From: Helicobacteraceae bacterium
GTDB lineage: Bacteria; Campylobacterota; Campylobacteria; Campylobacterales; SZUA-545
Assembly: GCA_031273735.1 (NCBI GenBank)
Contig: JAISRI010000213.1
Coordinates: 1 to 37,149 of the forward strand
DNA length: 37,149 nt
Direction of reading: 5' to 3'
The notes under the pieces are model-generated. The model did no database searches. It was given only the letters and a program-made list of their open reading frames with translations, and was not told the origin of the DNA. Both the position numbers and the translations under genes were made by a program. Below, piece by piece: positions 32,273-37,149 of this stretch (positions are counted from its first letter, which is position 1; each line of letters begins with the position of its first letter).

Positions 32273-32581
32273 TTCTATTGCAAGCTCGCTTCCGATTGAA
32301 AATAGGGGCGCGACTTTACCAAAAAGACGCTTAACAAGCGCGATCGGTTTATAAAATCGCGTTTATAAAGGGGCTAACAGAGGTTCAAATCGCCCCGCGT
32401 TTTTTTGAATTGAACGCGGGTTAAACCGCGCGAGAGACTTTTGGCGTTTCTCGCGCATATATGGGCTTTTGCAAAATAAGCGCCCGCGCGTCGATAGCTT
32501 TATCGCCTCCTTCGCGCGGCGCTTACTCGTCAAAACGCGATCGTTCAAACGCCCGCCGCGTTCTGTTATACGCAAAACGGA

Positions 32582-32833
32582 TTAAACTACGGGAGTTCCC
32601 GCCGGCTTACCCTTTTTGTTGCCTTCAGCCCACACGATACAGGCTTCCGTAGGACAAGCGTTCGCGCACGCGGGAGATTTATGATGCCCGTCGCACTCCA
32701 CGCATTTATCCTCGAAAACGTAGTAGATGCCGTTACCCTCTGGGTTGTCGCCGTCGTCTACGATCGCCCCCACCGGGCATTCGTCTATGCAACCGCCGCA
32801 AGCGATGCAACTATCCGTAATTTTAACCGCCAT
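32582..32833 (-). CDS. 4Fe-4S ferredoxin
   Basis: It has the motif CIACGGCIDECP and a second cluster motif C.EC......C...CP. I prefer the ATG at 32833 (MAVKITDS), which follows AAAGGTGA, over the ORF-track start at 32863. Confidence 0.8.
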   Translation of the reverse strand: MAVKITDSCIACGGCIDECPVGAIVDDGDNPEGNGIYYVFEDKCVECDGHHKSPACANACPTEACIVWAEGNKKGKPAGTPVV

Positions 32834-33040
32834 TTTCACCTTTCCGTTATAAATTGCCAGCAAACTCTACCCTACATACTCTTAACCTAAACTTAAACAA
32901 TTGATCCCAAAAACGTTTTTAGGGTTTTTATAACGCGCCGCCGCCGCTCCAAATCGCGTCAAGAACAAAGCAAAAGCGCGGTTTTACGGCGCGTCAAACG
33001 CTCCGCCCGCCTACAAAAACGATCTTTTAGACTTGGCGCT

Positions 33041-34018
33041 TTAACGTATAGACCAGCGGATTGTCTCTTTTGCGCACATAGGAATAAAGCCGTTAATATC
33101 CTCTTGCACGACAAAAGGTTTTTTAATTAACGAAATTGTTTTACGCGGAAGTTTTATACCGTATATCTTTTGCGCGTTGTCGCTTACGAAACTTTGCAAA
33201 TAATTCAACGCCGAGTTCTCCTCGAATAGCTCCGCAAGTTTAGGCAGTAAAACGGGGGCGGAAAAGATTCCTGCCGCGCCGTAGCTCTCTTTAGCCAATC
33301 GCGTATGCGGAGCGCTATCCGATCCAAACGAGACCTTTGAATGCGCGCCAAAGGCAAGGCGGCGCAGAGCGGTGCGATCGGCGGGGGTTTTTACGATCGG
33401 TTTGCAAAAAAGATGAGGATTTAATTGAGATCCTAATAGATCGTCTAGCGTGTAAAGTAGATGATGAAGCGTGATCGTCGCAAAAAGATTTTCATATCTA
33501 TCTAGCAGTTTGGCAAGAGTCGCGGAACTGATATGTTCCATAATGATTTTTAGTCTAGGAAAACGTTTAGCCAGAGATTCGTAGATCGTCGCGAACTGCG
33601 CTTCTCGATCCAGAACAAAACCGTTTGTTTCGCCGTGTACGCTTAAGATCGTCCCCGCCTCTTGCATAGCCGCAAAAAGGCGATCGTATCGTTCGATATT
33701 TTTAACGCCGTTTTCCGATCCCGTCGTAACGCCGCTTGGATAGAGTTTTACGATCTTAACCCGATCCAAAACCTCCTCTCTTAGCGTATCCGAGAGGTAG
33801 ATCGCAACGATCGGTTCAAAAGGCTTTTGGCAAAAACTCAAAATCCGCGCTTTGTAATCTTGGGCGGCTTCGATCGAATCGATTGGCGGCGTTAGATTTG
33901 GCATAACGATCGCGCCCGCAAAGGTTTCGCGCGCAAGCGACGCGGTCGTTTTAAGCGCGTCGTTGTCTCTTAAATGCAGGTGCGAATCAAAGGGCGAAAC
34001 AAGCTCGATCGCGTCCAT
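33041..34018 (-). CDS. pyrC: Dihydroorotase, homodimeric (E. coli PyrC) type
   Basis: FDSHLHLRDNDALK....ARETFAGAIVMPNLTPPI closely parallels E. coli PyrC (DWHLHLRDGDMLK...IVMPNLAPPV). I prefer the start at ATG 34018, which follows GGAG. Confidence 0.88.
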   Translation of the reverse strand: MDAIELVSPFDSHLHLRDNDALKTTASLARETFAGAIVMPNLTPPIDSIEAAQDYKARILSFCQKPFEPIVAIYLSDTLREEVLDRVKIVKLYPSGVTTGSENGVKNIERYDRLFAAMQEAGTILSVHGETNGFVLDREAQFATIYESLAKRFPRLKIIMEHISSATLAKLLDRYENLFATITLHHLLYTLDDLLGSQLNPHLFCKPIVKTPADRTALRRLAFGAHSKVSFGSDSAPHTRLAKESYGAAGIFSAPVLLPKLAELFEENSALNYLQSFVSDNAQKIYGIKLPRKTISLIKKPFVVQEDINGFIPMCAKETIRWSIR

Positions 34019-34131
34019 ATTTTTCTCCAAAATAACCGCAAGTTTAACAAAAAACGCATACGGCAAACCAAAACATTTCGCGTTTAATCTTTTGGCGCTA
34101 TACTACGATCTTTTACAAAGAGGTAGTCAAT

Positions 34132-34422
34132 TTGAACGAGTTGGAGCGATTAAAAGAGTTTTTGGCGCTTATTAGCGTGGCGCATCATATACCCGGTCGC
34201 GCAAGGCTAAAACTAAGCGGCGAGCTTCCGTCGTGGCTCTTAGCAAGTCCGATTGGCGAAAGATTTAAGGCTATCAAAGGGGTTACAAACGTCAGCGTTA
34301 ATCCTTTTAGTATGTCGGCGGTTGTCAATTACGATCAAAACGAGTTGCCGCCGTCGCTATTCGAGGCGCTTGGTCGCGGCGATTGCGAACCGATTTTAGA
34401 GCGAGTAAGGAGCGCGTTATGA
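34132..34422 (+). CDS. HMA2-like (heavy-metal-associated-fold, no CxxC) small protein
   Basis: VAHHIPGRARLKL...IKGVTNVSVNPFSMSAVVNYD matches the HxxPGRxRL...V.N..TgS..v.yd pattern. I associate that pattern with HMA_2 domains found next to or fused with unusual P1B ATPases. Confidence 0.55.
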   Translation: MNELERLKEFLALISVAHHIPGRARLKLSGELPSWLLASPIGERFKAIKGVTNVSVNPFSMSAVVNYDQNELPPSLFEALGRGDCEPILERVRSAL

Positions 34423-34631
34423 TTCGTTTTTTTATAGGCGCGGCGATTGGCGCCGTAGTGATAGGCGCGGCAAATAGCCGTAGATTTAAACGCTTTATCG
34501 GCGAGAGCGGACGCGAAGCTAAAAAGAAATTTGATTACGCGAAAGATTACGTCGCGGCGATCGACGAGTGCGCAAAAGAGAAAATTGGCAAGAAAACTAG
34601 AGCGCGAAAAGGCGCGGGAAATGACAAGTAG
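34419..34631 (+). CDS. Small membrane protein (N-terminal Gly/Ala-rich helix plus charged tail; YtxH/DUF5132-like)
   Basis: The ATG at 34419 overlaps the upstream TGA (ATGA). Sequence begins MIRFFIGAAIGAVVIGAANS and continues with a Lys/Glu-rich tail. Confidence 0.5.
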   Translation: MIRFFIGAAIGAVVIGAANSRRFKRFIGESGREAKKKFDYAKDYVAAIDECAKEKIGKKTRARKGAGNDK

Positions 34632-34866
34632 CCTTTTTACAAGCGCTCTTTGCGCCCAGTCGCTCTTGTCGATCAGAGCGCGCAAAAAAACCGTCGCGTC
34701 AAAGGCGATCTACGCTACGCAGGGCGCGATCGCTCTTGTTTGCGCGGCGGGAGTCGCCAAAGAGATTGGCGCGAGCAAAACGCTAAAGGCGATTGCTTAC
34801 GCGGCGTTGGGCGCGATTACAATCGCGGCGTTAAATAAATTGGAGGATAACAATGGCGGAAAATAA
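34621..34866 (+). CDS. Small membrane protein (two hydrophobic segments)
   Basis: The ATG at 34621 overlaps the upstream gene by 11 nt. Sequence includes ...AIALVCAAGVAKEIG....AIAYAALGAITIAAL. Confidence 0.45.
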   Translation: MTSSLFTSALCAQSLLSIRARKKTVASKAIYATQGAIALVCAAGVAKEIGASKTLKAIAYAALGAITIAALNKLEDNNGGK

Positions 34867-35125
34867 CGAAACAAAAACGACGGGGACGATTCTATCGGAT
34901 ATAGCCAAAGCGGTTTTTGGCGGCGAACCAAAAGAGCAATTTATAAAAGGCGCTTTATTAGGCGGCGCGGTCGCGTTTCTTTTGACCAATAAAACGGCGC
35001 AAGAGGCTATTTTCAAAACGATTGTCCGTTTAGGAACGGCGGGCGCGGAAGCCTTCGAGGAGATGAAAGATCGTTTCGAAGAGGCAAAAGCGCAAGTCGA
35101 AGCCGAACAGACCAAAGAGGGCTGA
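34853..35125 (+). CDS. Small protein with a central hydrophobic helix and a charged amphipathic C-terminus
   Basis: It overlaps the upstream gene by 14 nt, and its stop overlaps the ATPase ATG (TGATG). Central helix GALLGGAVAFLL. Confidence 0.5.
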   Translation: MAENNETKTTGTILSDIAKAVFGGEPKEQFIKGALLGGAVAFLLTNKTAQEAIFKTIVRLGTAGAEAFEEMKDRFEEAKAQVEAEQTKEG

Positions 35126-36954
35126 TGGGATTTTTCGACGGCAAAGGGGCGATCAAACGCGCCGCCGTAGCGCTCGCTATTACGCCGTTTTTGCCGCCGC
35201 CGCTTAAACTCGCGCTTACTTTAGCCGCCTCTTTTGGCGCGTTAAAGCGCGGGGTTAAAGCGATCAAAAAAGAGGGCGTAACGGGCGAAACAATGGAGGC
35301 GGCGGCGATAGCTATTTCGATTGCGCGCGGCAACTTCGCGTCGGCAAACGCGACAAATCTGTTGATCGCGATCTCTCAAAACGTCGAAAACGCGATCGTA
35401 CGGCGAAGCGACGATCTACTGCTTTCGCTAAATCGCCCTTCCAGCGGGCTTGTGTGGGCCAAACGCGGCGATCAAGAGACGCGTATCGAAGCGGACGAAG
35501 CGAGAATCGGCGATGTAATCGTCGCCTACGCTGGCGATACGATCGAGGTCGACGGGATCGTTTTAAGCGGGACGGCGGCCGTAAATGAAGCGGCAATGAC
35601 GGGCGAATCGCTGTCCGTTAGAAAAGAGCGCGGCGCAAAGGCTATGAGCGGAACGATCGTCGAGGAAGGGCGTATCGAGATATACGCCGAAGCGGTCGGC
35701 GCAGATCGCGCTACGGCTAGGATCGCCAAAGTCGTCGCCGAGTCGCTTAGCTCCCGATCGCAATCGCAATATCGCGCAAATCGGTTAGCCGATCGGCTGA
35801 TCCCTTTTTCGCTTGGGTTAACCGCCGCGACCTTTCTTTTGAGCCGCGATTTGACGAAGGTCGAAGCGCTTTTGCAGACCGACTACTCTTGCGCGCTTAG
35901 GCTGACCGTCCCCGTCGCCTTCAAAGCGGCGATGTATCGAGCGGGCAAAACTGGCTTGCTCGTAAAGTCCGCCGAATCGCTTGAGAAGCTGGCGAAGGCA
36001 AGCGTTTTTATCTTTGACAAAACGGGGACAATCACAAGCGGCGAGTTAGAAGTGGTCGAAATCATATCGCTAAACGACGCTTGGAGCAAAGATCAGATTC
36101 TCGCGTTAGCCGCGTCGATCGAGGAGCACTATTTTCATCCCATTGCGCAGGCAATCGTCGAAGCCGCGCGAAAAGAGGGCGATATGCGCCATTTTCAGCA
36201 CTCCTCCGTCGAGTTTATCGTGGCGCACGGCGTTTTTGCGTTTGTGGAAGGCAAAAAGGTCGTTATCGGTTCGCGCCACTTTTTAGAGGAAGACGAAGGG
36301 GTTGATTTTTCATCGTATAAAACGATCGCCGCGCAGTTTAACGACGCGAATCTAACGCCGCTTTATATCGGCTTCGACGGCGCGTTGCTTGGCGTGGTGT
36401 GGCTTAAAGACGAGCCGCGCAAAGAGAGCAAAGCGGCGCTTTTGGCTTTGCGAAAACTAGGCGTAAAAAAGTGCGTTATGCTAACGGGCGACTCCAAAGA
36501 AAAGGCGATCGCGCTCTCGAACGAGCTTGGCTTTGACGAGCGCTATTACGAGTTAAAGCCCGACGAAAAGGCGAAAATCGCCAAAAGGCTTGGCAAAAAC
36601 GGAATGGTATGCGCCTTTGTCGGCGACGGCATAAACGACGCGCCCGCGTTGCTCTCCGCCGACGTTGGAATCGCTATGCAAAAGGGCGCGGATATCGCTA
36701 AGATCAGCGCCGATATTACGCTTCTTAAAGACGATATCTTTCTGCTTGCCGACGCAAAATCGATCGCCGAGCAAACGCTTTCGCGCGTTAATAGCGGATC
36801 GAAAACGATGATCGCCGTTAATACCGCCATTTTATGTTTTGCGGCGATCGGCATTCTTTCGCCGATTAGCACGGCGTTTTTGCACAACGGATCGACAATA
36901 GCCACTCTCGCGATCTCCGCTTTAAGAGGTTTTAAGAATATCGAAAGACCCTAG
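35125..36954 (+). CDS. P1B-type (heavy-metal-like) P-type ATPase, 6-TM, with an SCA motif in TM4
   Basis: Motifs: TGES (MTGESLSV), DKTGT (nt 36016-36030), GDGINDAPAL. The TM4 sequence DYSCALRLTVP (S255-C256 at nt 35887-35892) aligns with CPCALGLATP. It has no N-terminal metal-binding domain. Confidence 0.85.
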   Translation: MGFFDGKGAIKRAAVALAITPFLPPPLKLALTLAASFGALKRGVKAIKKEGVTGETMEAAAIAISIARGNFASANATNLLIAISQNVENAIVRRSDDLLLSLNRPSSGLVWAKRGDQETRIEADEARIGDVIVAYAGDTIEVDGIVLSGTAAVNEAAMTGESLSVRKERGAKAMSGTIVEEGRIEIYAEAVGADRATARIAKVVAESLSSRSQSQYRANRLADRLIPFSLGLTAATFLLSRDLTKVEALLQTDYSCALRLTVPVAFKAAMYRAGKTGLLVKSAESLEKLAKASVFIFDKTGTITSGELEVVEIISLNDAWSKDQILALAASIEEHYFHPIAQAIVEAARKEGDMRHFQHSSVEFIVAHGVFAFVEGKKVVIGSRHFLEEDEGVDFSSYKTIAAQFNDANLTPLYIGFDGALLGVVWLKDEPRKESKAALLALRKLGVKKCVMLTGDSKEKAIALSNELGFDERYYELKPDEKAKIAKRLGKNGMVCAFVGDGINDAPALLSADVGIAMQKGADIAKISADITLLKDDIFLLADAKSIAEQTLSRVNSGSKTMIAVNTAILCFAAIGILSPISTAFLHNGSTIATLAISALRGFKNIERP

Positions 36955-37149
36955 CGGCTTCCCTCCATCGCCTCCTTCCCGCCCCATTTAATACCTTCCC
37001 GTTTCAACGCCGCGACAATTAAAAGAAACAAACGGCGCTTACAACCCGTTTTTGAAAGCGCCATTGCCCGATCGTCGCTATTTTGCCGAGTTGAGGAGGG
37101 AGCGCAAAAGAAATTTTATGCAACGTCGTTCAACGATCTTCTATTAAAC

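Noticed and set aside
32378-32400. GGTTCAAATC, a tRNA T-loop-like string
   Set aside because: The flanking bases cannot form a T-stem (AGAGG against CGCCC), and no acceptor or anticodon arms can be drawn. I found no tRNA or rRNA gene anywhere in the window.
32363-32575. 70-aa ORF in the ndk-ferredoxin intergenic region
   Set aside because: It is highly basic (Arg/Lys-rich) with no SD, and it sits in a region better explained as 5'/3' UTR. It has no recognisable motif.
34335-35333. Minus-strand ORFs (34335-34685, 34831-35115, 35013-35333) and plus-frame ORFs 34383-/34531-/34650- in the ATPase operon leader
   Set aside because: These are antisense or N-terminally over-extended versions of the small coupled genes. 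The internal ATGs with overlapping stops give a coherent operon.
36955-37149. Possible gene start or end in the last 195 nt
   Set aside because: All six frames are closed within a few codons. The only ATG with a nearby GGAGG has a 16-nt spacing and a 9-codon ORF.

Overview
This is a 37 kb chromosomal segment, probably from a Campylobacterota (epsilonproteobacterium)-like genome. That placement is an inference from four things: the ferredoxin / ndk / DUF177 / rpmF / plsX / fabH gene order, the GyrA N-terminus, Hcp/Sel1-like Cys-rich proteins, and PseH-like and Lpp20-like genes. All coordinates outside the ORF track were hand-counted and no homology search was run.

Housekeeping genes:
- gyrA, truB, pyrC, fabH, plsX, rpmF, ndk, a ferredoxin and an Hsp20 gene.

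Accessory content, in window order:
1. 0.15-5.4 kb: three intergenic blocks of short interspersed repeats containing ATTCCC-N8-GGGAAT cores. They bracket a PseH-like GNAT gene and a two-gene operon. The operon encodes a secreted WD40-caspase (peptidase C14) lipoprotein and an LPP20/DUF4384-like lipoprotein.
2. 6.1-9.5 kb: a membrane-anchored TIR protein with receptor-like topology, then a DHH/DHHA1 phosphoesterase with an unassigned 180-aa C-terminal domain, then an orphan gene.
3. 14.8-17.8 kb: an XRE regulator, micro-ORFs, and a paralogous family of secreted Sel1-like and TPR proteins with gene fragments.
4. 18.0-24.8 kb: a partial type II secretion cluster (L-like/M-like/N-like/C/D/E) that lacks gspF and pseudopilins. 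Its GspL-like protein is fused to a polytopic membrane domain.
5. 25.4-29.3 kb: an AT-richer island with an AI-2E transporter flanked by a 36-bp direct repeat, plus a type II restriction-modification pair in which both genes appear frameshifted at homopolymers.
6. 34.1-37.0 kb: a translationally coupled operon of an HMA2-like protein, three small membrane proteins and a 6-TM P1B-type ATPase with an SCA motif instead of CPC.

The strongest candidates for an undescribed system are the TIR-TM receptor-like gene (with or without its DHH neighbour) and the repeat-bracketed WD40-caspase/LPP20-DUF4384 lipoprotein pair.
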